Positions 1 to 12,133 of a stretch of DNA of 61,834 nt are shown here, in pieces. The position numbers and the translations under genes were made by a program. Within the stretch, counting starts at the first letter, position 1, and each line of letters starts with the position of its first letter. The stretch spans positions 1 through 61,834 of the forward strand of contig NIVC01004069.1 of assembly GCA_002269645.1 (NCBI GenBank). Direction: 5' to 3'. Below the pieces are notes generated by a model. That model ran no database searches, had not been told where the DNA came from, and saw only the letters and a program-made list of their open reading frames with translations. This DNA comes from Macrostomum lignano. Lineage: Eukaryota.

Positions 1-443
1 CCTTACATACTCAGCAAAATTAGAAAGTTGCCACCAACTCTAGCAAGTCAACTAATTTTGAGACAAATTTGCTGCATTTTAAAGGGTGGTGACTTTTTTA
101 TGTTGCTGATACAAAATCTATGCAAAGCAAAAGACAAAAGAGCTAAAACTGAGTGAAATTGACATAGTGACATTAAAGAAGAAAATAAGGAAAAAATTAA
201 TAAATATCAAGTTAAAGCACACACTATAAAACAGTCATTATGTTCCACTTATCTATACCTAAGCTCTATATATTTATCTATATTATATATTTTCTGTTTA
301 TCTATCTATCAACTAATGCGTGTATCTGTCTGTCTATTTATGTGTGTATCTATTTATGTGCAAAACCTATTAATCAATTTATATATCACTGGAACATAAT
401 GACTGTTTAATTGTGAAATGTATAGAATGTAGTAAATTTAGAA

Positions 444-2045
444 CTAACAAAATACAGCAATCAATGACTGAGCAGGTGCGCGGGATACGGCATCACATTG
501 TCTGAGCTTAGATAGTACCTCCAGAGTTTCAAGGAAAGCTTCTAGGTAGGGCACATGCTGCAGGTTAAATGACACTGAACAGATTGCGATTGCAACAACC
601 ATATCCTTGACACAATTGCAACAAAGTACAGCACCATTTACCAAAATGCCGCGCCAACTACTATCCTCCCTCAAAATGTAAATAGGCAACTCAGCATCAA
701 AATTTTTTGGGGTCAATTCTCACTTGACCGAGTAGCAGGCAAAGGCTGTTCATCAGAATAGTATCATCGTCATCACAATCATTATTGACATACAGCTTGC
801 AGTACATGTATCGCTTCATCGTATCTCGCTTTTGCCACATATTCCAAAGTGCACCACAAACATTCCGTTCAATATCCTCTGGTGTTCGAGGAAGAACATA
901 ATCTGCTTTCCGCCTGGAGTTGTAAAGTTCTATCATAAGAAAGGCCTCTTGCAGAAGCATAAGTGGCACTGATAGTGGCTTGTACAACTCCAACTCCTCT
1001 TCAACAGTTTTATCTTGGCAACACAAGATTCGTTCACTAAAGAGACACTTCATGTTGGATAGCACATCTTTGATTTCCATTATGAGATAGTTCTCATTTA
1101 GTCTAATCCAGTTGCTTTCGTGACTTTCAGGAATGTATTCCTGCACATCTCCAAAAATCACGCTTTTGGCAATCATGCTTGTTGACATAGTAGTACTCTC
1201 GGCATTTGCGCAATCAACCTTCTGGCGCTTTGCCTGTACTACTACATCTTTGTTGTTTTCATCTTCGTCATCTTCAAAGGCAGCAACATGGCGCTTGCTA
1301 CCAGTTAGCCAACGTTTTTTTCATCATTTTTTTCTTCAGCTAAAGAGTCCAAAATGCTAGATTTTTTTGCATCAGCCGGACGCTTTTTGCGACCAAATTT
1401 TTGGTGCATCGTTTGTACTATTGGACTGTCACATTCGCTTAGAATCTTCCAATGGATTTCCTTAAATCGTCGGCAAATTTTCTGCCGCCAAAAAAATTCT
1501 ATCAGTCAACCCATCTTGCAGTCCTGGGTATGTAGAGATGATGGCAATGCAAATGTTGTGGAGCTCTTTACTATAAAGGTAGGGATCTTGTTTGCTTTTG
1601 AAGTTGGTAAATAAATCGTTGATAATATAGGCCAAAAACCTGTGTACAAAATTTGCTTTCAACATAAGCCTAACCTAGGATCGCACTCTAATTTCTTGAG
1701 GGCAGATTCCAAATCAGCCATTTTTGGAAGCAAGTAAATGGTTGGCCATGGTCTTAAATTGGCATCAATAGGCGATCCTGCTATACCAGACATTGCTACT
1801 CTGTTAGGCATTGCCACTCTGCTGGACATCGCCACGTTAGGCGTTGCCATTCCGCCAGACATTGCTGCTCCAGAAGGCGTTGCTGCTCTGTCAGGTGTTG
1901 CGACTCCACCGGATTTTGCTGCCTTGCCTGACATTGCTGCATGGATTATTTCTTGTCCAGGCTCTAGAAAAAAGAGCTTAGTACTGGCCTTGGATAGTTC
2001 TGGCAAAAAGTCGCTATCATTGATGTCGAATCCATTGGATGTCAA
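444..2045 (-). pseudogene. Fragmented accessory ORF of a decayed EnSpm/CACTA-type DNA transposon (SAMD3-like C-terminal region)
   Basis: Consecutive same-strand ORFs 1659-2045, 1462-1665, 697-1188 and 444-716 join by frameshifts (..DPKKF/..PKNFDAELP). The end AIAICSVSFNLQHVPYLEAFLETL resembles the C-terminus of accessory proteins of animal CACTA elements. It lies just downstream of the EnSpm transposase remnant on the same strand. Confidence 0.45.
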
Positions 2046-3299
2046 AATTTAGATGCCTTCAACTGCAGCTATTCCGAGCTTTAAACAGCCTTGGACAAGA
2101 AGGTCTTGCAGTGATGAAGCTAAGATCAGCTTCTTGCTCAACCGGTCGTGGTTGCTGATACAAAGCTGCATTGCAAAAGATTTAGATACCTAGAGTTTAT
2201 CAAAGTAACATATTTGTTTATCTACATATACAGTAGCTTAGTTTACATAGTTTATAGTTTTTACTGTTTTTACACTAGGTAGTTTTACTCAATTTTACTC
2301 ACTAGGTAGATACTTAAATATGTGCACTGTTATGCCATTAAAATTGATTTATTAATCATAACATAACATTTCTTTTAAATAGCTGAAATTTACTCTAAAT
2401 TTCTATGCCAACTTGCCCAAGGCATCAGCCTTCAGGGTAGGGATATACTTAAGCCATATTGTTACAATACATGGCTCCATCTTTTGTCAGCTAGCATTCA
2501 TACAGTGGCTAAATCTGACAAAACAATACACAGTGGTAGTTGAATATTAAGCAACTAATAATAGTAAGATAATTTTCTTTATAATGGTAAGCTAATTCCA
2601 TAAGTAATAGTAACAGTAGTTTTTCAAGTAAAATTTTTACAGTAAAGATAAATATATTGAGATTTAAATATATACTAAAAACACCATAAAAATAAGTTAC
2701 CCAAACTAAAAGTAGACTTTGTAAGACATAGGCACAAGTCTGTAAGACTTACATGCCAGATTAATAGCAGCAAATCAGCAACTTTTGAGGTGTGAAAAGA
2801 GCTGGAAAACCAGTACAGCTATCAAGATAGTAATGTTTTTTAGAAAACCAAAGGGTAATTGTCATAAGCCTATAAAAGGACATTAGCATCAGGGTAAGCT
2901 GCCTTTAGAATTGCACAAAGTCTAAAAAGACTCAACATGCTATGAAAAAATATACCAAATTAGCTAAACAAATTTTGAGTTTAATATTCAAGATTAAATG
3001 AGTATTTTATTGCAACAAATAACAGACCTTTTATCAATGTTAATTGAATAGGCCTATGGGGCAAGTGCTCTCCTAATTCAATTAAAATAGTAATATCATT
3101 GTTGATTGTACATGAAAAGCAATGTAAATGACATAGAAATTGACTTCTGACTTGCTTACAAACAAGAATCCATTTATTATGAACTTAAAGAATATTGCTT
3201 ATTAGTAAAAATTTTACTTTATTATTTTGTACTATTGGTACTACATATCTTAAATTTATTGTTCAGGCTAATATAATGAAAACCTTTAAACTTTAGCCC

Positions 3300-5500
3300 T
3301 TTACAGACAAAGCAAATGTTTCCTAAAATCAAATAAACAATATTAAGTTTTTTACAAAGTTGTAACTGCTCAGTATGTTCTAAAATGGAGTCAAATTTTG
3401 TAGGAATTATACTTGAATACTGAATCTCTAAAAGTGTATAACTAGAAATTATTAGTGCTTTTTGAATTTGGAACTTTTTAGCACATGTAAAAGCAACATT
3501 TTTAAATTCCTAGACCTTCTACTTATATCTTTAATTATTTGGTGCTCTGCTTCATTTCTCATTGTCCAAAGGTAATACGCTCGTACAAACCATTGTATAA
3601 ATTATATAACTCTGGATAATGACAAATATAATGTAATTTACACTTGTATTTAGGATTCTGTTTAGTGTACTCATATTTTTTTCAAGCTGAAAAGCAATAA
3701 GATGCTGAAAATACTCTATATTTATAAAATTATTAGTACAAGGTGAAAATACAATATCGGTAAATTGATGCTGATATAGATAAGGAGCCCAAATCTTGTT
3801 CTCAAGATCAAACAAATGTACAAATAAAAGCCCAAAATATTGTAATATGCTAAACATTTGACTTGCAGTACAAGGTAAATGAAAGTTTTGTATATTATAC
3901 TTAGTTATTTTAGGCATTGAAACTTTAAGAACCTTTGAAATTTGTTGATTAATCTATTCAATACTAATACTTAAGTTTTTCATTGCATAATTTAATATAA
4001 TACATACTACAATATGTGACATTCCTTCTAATATATCATGCATAATATCAGGGGCAAAGAAATATGGTAGCTCAACATAGAAAATATTGCTTAAAATAGA
4101 TTGCAAAACAAAGCCATTTGATAAATTAAATGATGAATCAATAATTGATGCATGAGTTCTTAAATCAAATTAAAAAGAATTGCTTAAATTTTCAGTATCA
4201 ATACTACAAGTGTCAATATAATTTTTTTACAGAACCTACAAATAAATCCACTAGAAAACACTTATTTAATCCTATCATTTAATACATGGATAAATTATCT
4301 CTAGTCATAAAACAGGCAACAATAGGTAAATTTAAATTAATTGCTTCTACAATAGCAAAATTGTTTAGATATAAATCATTTAACTCTTCAACTAATGGCC
4401 CCAAAACAAAATTTATACCTAACTTTTTAACTTGTAAATCTAAACATAGCATAAAATATATTTCATTGCTTTATTGTTTGCTGCTGACAATTGTTTCTAA
4501 TGGAAAAACTAGTTGAAATAAACAATAGAATATCAGATACTGCTTATTGCAAGCAGACTATGTTTTACCTTATTTTTTAAAATCTCAGTATCCAATAAAA
4601 ATTGTAGCATTTTTATTTAAACATTAAACTAAATAAATAGCATTCAAGAATCTTTTTTGCTTTAATAATTTAAACTTTGTGTATAAGTAGCTTGCTATAA
4701 AAGTGCCAGGAAATATTGCTTATATATAGCCTATTGTCTGGATATTTCTCCCATATAATTTATTAGTGATTTTCATTTTTAGCCAGCTTTTTGGGCTATT
4801 AAAAGTTCTTTAATAAGGATGAATTTAAACAAAAAAGGATAGGATAAATTTTTGAAAGAAATATTATATTACTGTTTTCTTATTTAGACTAATTGTAGTT
4901 TGTAAAAAAGTTCAAAATCTAATATAAGGGGTATCCTTAAAGTACTTATCATATTTGCTCCAGCTCTTTAATATTTTCACCAATCTTTAAGGTGTCAGAT
5001 AATATCACAACGGCTAATTTTGAAATAACTTCAAGAGTTGAAATGTAAACTAATTATGATTTTGGCACTTTTTTCCATCTCAATCTTGGTTTTAAGATCT
5101 TGAGAAAGAATTCAAGATTTGTGACTATCCAACTATTTATTAATCTTGAACTTGATCATAGAGGTCTTGTCTAAACCCTATATTTTTTATGTTTAAAAAG
5201 TTGATATTTGAAGTTTCTTTTTATCCAGTTCCAGTTAGTTTATAATGAAAATGTGAAGAAAGGTCAGCACTAATATTATACAACCAATGTTTTAGTAATG
5301 CTTTTTAAGGACTAAGTTTTTTTAATAGATTGGCCTCCAACATTGTAGTTTCAATCCCAAGTATTAAGTTGTCCCTATATTATGTAGAAGTCAGACATAA
5401 GAGATTTACAATGCTGTAAATAGAAAAACAGTTAATAACAATAGTATTTAGAACAACAAATAATTGTTAACAAAAGTATTTAGAGTATCAACAATGCCCA
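3300..5500 (-). mobile_element. Decayed EnSpm/CACTA (animal-type) transposase pseudogene
   Basis: Minus-strand motifs in the expected order: RDNLSMY*MIGLNKCFSSGFICRFC (CRFC at 4229-4240; cf. GDNLG..GF..F....CRFC); TASQMFSILQYFGLL..WAPYL..FTDIVFSP (ORF 3552-3917); WTMRNEAEHQ (3542-3568; cf. WxMRFExKH); then FKNVAFTCAKKFQ. Many stops and frameshifts. Boundaries are approximate. Confidence 0.75.
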
Positions 5501-5932
5501 ACATTGTATACAACCTCAAATCACTGACATTCAACATAATGGGTCCAAATTAAAATCACTTTAAAAAACACAATGCCAGCTAGCATTAGTACAAGCAAAA
5601 AAAGCAATAATAAAAAAATTACCATTATGTCTACTTTGCTTTTTATAATGTCTATTTGTCAAGTCTCCAAACAGCAAGTTGTAGAAAGTCTTGAAATTCA
5701 AAAAATCCTAATGACAATAAAATTATTGATTTTTCAAATAAAACATAAATGGAAGAAAAGATACTATCTGGCTTGGAAAACTACTATCTGGCTGTGTCAG
5801 TTTGGCATCAAGGGCTCAAAATCAAGATAGAAAAACAAAATTATGTTATTACTGTGGAACTGACTTTGTTTTGGTAAGTTTGTTTTAAATATCAATTTCT
5901 GATTTACGCAAACCTCAGCCATTTGCATAGCT

Positions 5933-8900
5933 ATGCTCAGATTTGGTCGTCACAAATCTCCCAGAGATTTGGTGCTGCAGTTGCAGTCCGCATTGCGCTC
6001 GTTGCTTCAGCACAGCAGCTCTGATAGCCGCGAATTCAAGCGAGCACACGAAGAAGTTGCCAAATCCATTGCTTCGTTGAAGCTGTTGCTAACTAATCGA
6101 TTAGAGGCGTCTGGAGCAGGTTCAAGCAATCGCGAGTCTCATGAGGCTGCAATCGAAAAGTCCAGGTTGAGCGAGGCCCTGTCTGAAGTAACTAGAGTAG
6201 CTTTCAGTCAAGAGTGCTCAGGATTTCTGCCAATGCTGCTCGATTGCATTGATCGGGTAGACTTTGAGTGCGCCAAATTTATTGAACACCTGTTTGGTAA
6301 TTTGCTCTCTAAACAGATTGGCAACCGGTATCCAGCTGTTGAGTATATCCTGGAGAATAGACAGGTAATTTAAAGGTTAATTGTCTGCTATAGTAGTCGC
6401 TTAATGATGATTGTGCTAAAAGTTTCTGTAATTTAATCATTAGAATCGCCTAATATAGTCATTCGGTCATTAGAATCGCCTAATATGGTCATCCAGTCAT
6501 TAGAATCGCCTAATATAGTCATTCGGTCATTAGAATCGCATAATATTGTAATCCAATCATTAGAATCGCCTAATATAGTCATTCGGTCATTAGAATCGTA
6601 TAATATTGTAATTCAATCATTAGAATCGCCTAATATGGTCATCCAGTCATTAGAATCGCCTAATATAGTCATTCGGTCATTAGAATCGCATAATATTGTA
6701 ATCCAATCATTAGAAACGCCTAATATAGTCATTCGGTCATTAGAATCGTATAATATTGTAATTCAATCATTAGAATCGCCTAATATGGTCATCCAGTCAT
6801 TAGAATCGCCTAATATAGTCATTCGGACATTAGAATCGCATAATATTGTAATCCAATCATTAGAATCGCCTAATATAGTCATTCGGTCATTAGAATCGTA
6901 TAATATTGTAATTCAATCATTAGAATCGCCTAATATGGTCATCCAGTCATTAGAATCGCCTAATATGGTCATCCAGTCATTAGAATCATCTAATATAGTC
7001 TCCAGTCATTAAAATCGCCTAATATGGTCATCCAGTCATTAGAATCGTCTAATATGGTCATCCAGTCATTAGAATCGCCTAATGTGGTCATCCAGTCATT
7101 AGAATCGTCTAATATGGTCATCCAGTCATTAGAATCGCCTAATATGGTCATCCAGTCATTAGAATCGCCTAATATGGTCATCCAGTCATTAGAATCGCCT
7201 AATATGGTCATCCAGTCATTAGAATCGCCTACTGATCACATTTCAATCGCTAACTGATTATAATCAATAAAAACTGATAGCTAAAAAAACCACCAACTCA
7301 TCAGGTACTGTACAAGCTGGTAGATGGCTACCATCGACCTGAGCACGCCATCACCTTCGGTGGCATGCTCCGAGAGGCATGCCGTCACGAACGCGTTGCC
7401 GAAGCGTTCCTATGGGATTCGAGCGGCTTCTATCGGCTATTCGATCACGTGCACGGCACGGCCTTTGATGTCAGCTCCGACGCTTTCACAACTTTGAAAG
7501 ATTTGCTAACAAGGCACAAAGCTGTTGTAGCTCGGTTTCTCGAACAGAATTATGTAGAATTTTTCGACAATTATAAACGACTAATTGAGTCGGAGAACTA
7601 TGTCACTAAGAGGCAGGCTTTGAAGGTTGGTTGCTTTTTCTAATCTATGTATTTTTGAAAGGTTTCTAAGTCACGATAAAAATTCTCATTCTCATTCATC
7701 CATTCTCAAACTCATTCATCATCATCATCAACTTTTAAGGGCAGCCTCCTCAACATAGTCTCCAACTGTAGCAACACACTTTCCCTCAATGAGGGGATCG
7801 ATAATCAAAAAAGATCCATAAAAACTGACTAAATTGTGTACTTCACCTTTCACTGTAAGACTATCAGTGGCATTGCTGTACACCCGCTGTCCGCTTTACA
7901 CCCTGAATCAGCGAATCATAGTTGCGCAAGAACACACGCTCACACAGAGTGTACAGTGGCCCTGTCATAGCATCATAGTCTCATTAATATCTTGAATAAT
8001 TATTAATAATTTCAGTTGCTAGGCGAGATTCTGCTCGATCGCTACAACTACAGCGTGATGACCAAGTACATCGCCAGTGCAGACAATCTGAAACCGATTA
8101 TGAACGCTTTGAAAAGTCGACAGAAGCAAATCGCGTTTGAAGCGTTTCACTGTTTCAAGGTAAACTTGATTTAATTGTTGGAATCGAGGACTTACTGTGA
8201 GGTTTCAAGAGATTTGCTGTGACAGATTTAATGTGAGATTTCGAGAGATATACTGTGAGATTTCGAGAGATTTAATGTGAGATTTCGAGAGATACTGAGA
8301 TTTCAAGAGATATACTGTGAGATTTCGAGAGACACTGTGAGATTTCAAGAGATTTGCTGTGAGATTTTTAGAGATTCACTGTAAAATTTTGTGAGATTTC
8401 GAGACACGCCTCTGCCTGTCTGCTCGCCTTTAGGGGCTAGCGGAATGGGTGACCCTCGCCTCCCCGCTGTGTCTACCGACCACCCTGCAGCTAAATCAAG
8501 AAGGGATTTTAGGAGATTATTCACTGGGAGATTACTGTGAGATATATTGTGAGATTTCGAGAGATTTACTGTGAGATTTCGAGAGATTTACTGTGAGATT
8601 TCGAGAGATTTACTGTAAGATTTCGACAGATTTGCTGTAAGATTTCGACAGATTTACTGCTATATTTCGAGAGATTTACTGTGAGATTTCGAGAGATTTA
8701 CTGTGAGATTTCGAGAGATTTACTGTAAGATTTCGACAGATTTGCTGTAAGATTTCGACAGATTTACTGCTATATTTCGAGAGATTTACTGTGAGATTTC
8801 GAGAGATTTACTGTGAGATTTCGAGAGATTTACTGTGAGCTTTCGAAAGATTTACTGTGAGATTTCGAGAAATTAATTGTGAGATTTTGAGAAATCTACT

Positions 8901-10081
8901 GTGAGATTTTAAGAGGTTCACTGAGATTTTGAGAGATTTATTGTGAGATTTTAAGAGATGTACTGTGAGATTTCGAAAGATTCACTGAGATTTTGCGATC
9001 AATTCAGACAAACTACCATTCGATGGCAGTATAGAGTTAGGAGCTATTTATAATTACCCATAGCCTAGCTTAATGACAAATTAATGAGACTGTCTCCATG
9101 CAGCTTAGTGCGGGCGATTTTGCTTTGCACTTACCTTTGTAAATTGTTAATCAGTAGGTCGATTGCGCTTGAGTTATAAACAATACTAAGTGCCCTTACT
9201 TAATACAGCACGTTTCCTAATGTTATTTTTAGAATCTGTAGTTACATTGACTGTCTGTTAGTCTGTCTGTGTGCGTCATTCAGCAGGTCATAGTGATTAG
9301 ATTAGTATAGGCCATAATGTGCTAGTCTCTGAATAATTTATGATCGACATCCTCATTGACGTGATAAAGCTAACTTTTTACGATTGGCGATTGACACGTT
9401 CGAAAGGTTTTTTTGTAACTCTGCGCACACTATGCGTCCTGCTGTATGAATGATGAGCATAGGTTTCATTTTATGGCATTGTAAAGACTCAGGGAGGGGT
9501 TTAGCAGTGGTTCATCCTGAAGATTCAGGGAGGGGGATAGCAGTGGTTCATCCTGAAGATTCAGGGAGGGGTTTAGCAGTGGTTCATCCTGAAGATTCAG
9601 GGAGGGGGATAGCAGTGGTTCATCCTGAAGATTCAGGGAGGGGTTTAGCAGTGGTTCATCCTGAAGATTCAGGGAGGGGGATAGCAGTGGTTCATTCTGA
9701 AGATTCAGGGAGGGGGATAGCAGCGGTTCATCCTGAAGACTCAGGTAGGGGATAGCAGCGATTTATCCTGAAGACTCAGGTAAGGGATAGCAGCGATTTA
9801 TCCTGAAGACTCAGGTAGGGGATAGCAGCGGTTCATCCTGAAGACTCAGGTAGGGGATAGCATGTATATCTGAGTTCTAACCACGGCACCCTTTTCCCCA
9901 GGTGTTCGTGGCCAACCCGCACAAGCCCCGTGCAGTGCAAAGCATCCTGGTGCAGAATCGGGACCGGCTTGTGGAGTTTCTGCAACGCTTCCAGTCTGAC
10001 AGACAGTCGGACAGTCAGTTTGTTGATGAGAAGCAATATCTGATCCGTCAGATTCAGGAGCTGAGTCCTATCGAAGCTTGA
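5933..10081 (+). CDS. CAB39: MO25/calcium-binding protein 39 (STRAD-LKB1 scaffold), 358 aa; exons 5933-6364, 7305-7625, 8016-8159, 9902-10081
   Basis: All introns are GT-AG and phases are consistent (1077 nt). Family motifs: FDVSSDAFTTLKDLLTRHK, SENYVTKRQALKLLGEILLDR, AFEAFHCFKVFVANP, DEKQYLIRQI. A short 5'UTR intron is likely at 5874-5930. Confidence 0.95.
6435..7235. repeat. 30-bp minisatellite in MO25 intron 1 (tcattagaatcgcctaatatggtcatccag)
   Basis: Direct reading of the tandem units; source of the (VIQSLESPNM)n ORFs. Confidence 0.95.
8215..9000. repeat. ~22-bp minisatellite in MO25 intron 3 (tttactgtgagatttcgagaga)
   Basis: Tandem units, interrupted at ~8405-8505 by a LINE 3' fragment. 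Confidence 0.9.
8430..8500 (+). mobile_element. Isolated 3'-terminal fragment of the Loa-like LINE family
   Basis: ggggctagcggaatgggtgaccctcgcctccccgctgtgtc..ccctgcagctaa aligns with the reverse complement of the LINE 3' ends at ~34390-34450 and ~44160-44200. Confidence 0.8.
9485..9862. repeat. 36-bp minisatellite in MO25 intron 3 (gattcagggaggggatagcagtggttcatcctgaa-like)
   Basis: Tandem units; source of the (VVHPEDSGRGIA)n ORF. Confidence 0.95.
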
Positions 10082-10364
10082 CCTGAACTCATTTTTTATG
10101 GAACTCAAGTTATGATTTTACAAGGCTGGCTCTTTAAATTTTTAACATCTTTATGAAAGATCCAATAATATTCCTTATGATTTTCCTCTTCATTTTATAC
10201 TGTAATCTCATTAATATTCCTTACTCAATAAGATTAATCTTTAAATTGCTGCATTTTATTTACTAAGATAAAGTGTGATTTGAAAAAAATTATTTAATTG
10301 TTTTTGATATAAGGTCATCGTTATTTTCGTTTTCTTGTTTTTTTAATTAGTTTTATTCGCAGGC

Positions 10365-11085
10365 TCAGATATTAGGGATATCACAGGCCAAATAGTGGGG
10401 ATATAACATGTCAAATATAAGGAATATAATTCAGGCCAAATATTAGGGATATAACAGGCCAAATAGTGGGGATATAACATGTCAAATATAAGGAATATAA
10501 TTCAGGCCAAATAGTAGGGATATAACAGGCCAAATAGTAGGGATATAACAGGCCAAATATAGGGATATAACATGTCAAATACAAGGGATATAATTCAGGC
10601 CAAATATTAGGGATATAACAGGCCAAATATTAGGGATATAACAGGCCAAATATAGGGATATAACAGGCCAAATATAAGGGATATAACATGTCAAATATAA
10701 GGGATATAACAGGCCAAATATAAGGGATATAACATGTCAAATATAAGGGATATAACAGGCCAAATATGAGGGATATAATTCAGGCCAAATATTAGGGATA
10801 TAGCAGGCCAAATATTAGGGATATAACAGGCCAAATATAGGGATATAACAGGCCAAATATAGGGATATAACATGTCAAATATTAGGGATATAACAGGCCA
10901 AATAGTGGGGATATAACATGTCAAATATAAGGGATATAATTCAGGCCAAATATTAGGAATATAACAGGCCATATTTTAGGGATATAACAGGTCACATACT
11001 TGGGATATAACATGCAAAATGTTAGGGATATATCAGGCCAAATATTAGGGATATAACAGGCTAAATTTTAGGGTATAGCATGTAA
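10365..11085. repeat. ~22-bp minisatellite downstream of MO25 (caggccaaatatagggatataa)
   Basis: Tandem units read directly. Confidence 0.9.
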
Positions 11086-11509
11086 ATAATGTGTTTGCGT
11101 ATACAATGATATTCTTTGTAAAAACAATATAGTTTGCTATTATTAATGTGAAGGTGCTGCCTTAAATTTTTCAATCAATTGTCTGTATTTTCATCGCTGA
11201 TTTTTGCTGCCTATTTCGTAGATGTGTTATTAGAGGTAGTTAAAGTTTTGTTGAGCAGGAAATATTTGCTTAATTCTGTTTTTTTTCAATGAACTTCTAA
11301 TCCGTCCATACGTTTCCTCTCTTGTTGAGGCTTGTGCCTTGGTTTTACCAAAAACAAAAAATATATTTTTTAATATCATTAGCAGTAAAATGCGTTGGCT
11401 TTGTTTCATTTTTTGTTACATGAGCTTATTTATCACATCATCAAAAAGTTCCCCATTCCAATATTCACATTTCGGATATTCACTATTTTCACAAACGCAG
11501 TATTCACAA

Positions 11510-11955
11510 TTTGAAAATTCACTTTTTCACAATCCCAATATTCACACAGTCTTCACAATCCCAATCTTCACAGTCTTCACAATCCCAATATTCACAGTCT
11601 TCACAATCCCAATATTCACAGTCTTCACAATCTCAATCTTCACAATCTTCACAATCCCAATCTCCACAGTCTTCACAATCCCAATATTCACAGTCTTCAC
11701 GATCACAATCTTCACAGTCTTCACAATCTCAATCTTCACTGTCTTCACAATCTCAATCTTCACAATCTTCACAATCCCAATCTTTACAGCCTTCAAAATC
11801 CTAATCTTCACAGCATTCACAATCCTAATCTTCACAATCCCAATCTTCACAGTCTTCACAATCCCAATATTCACAGTCTTCACGATCACAATCTTCACAG
11901 TCTTCACAATCTCAATCTTCACAGCCTTCACAATTCTAATATTCAATCTTCACAG
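11510..11955. repeat. Compound ttcacaatc/ttcacagtc tandem repeat (9/15/24-bp periodicity)
   Basis: Tandem units read directly. Confidence 0.9.
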
Positions 11956-12133
11956 GATTAAAAATAGATATACGAAATAGCAATTAAGTGATTAACTCTG
12001 ATTTATCACACCTGTTTATGCTTTAACCGTCTTCTGCAGAACAAAAATTGCTTTTAAAATTAAGAAATTAAACAAAACAGCCGGGCCTCTGACGCGAACT
12101 GGTTGTTGACCCTGCGCTGGTCAGCCCTCGAGC

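Noticed and set aside
6485-7257. Repetitive ORFs (VIQSLESPNM)n, and similar ORFs at 9450, 10411-10972, 11339-11980, 12250, 14264-15340, 15839-16499, 18190-18931, 27702-28173, 33907-34354, 59382-60166 and 60914
   Set aside because: They are translations of tandem repeats lying in introns or intergenic DNA; flanking exons splice cleanly around the intronic ones.
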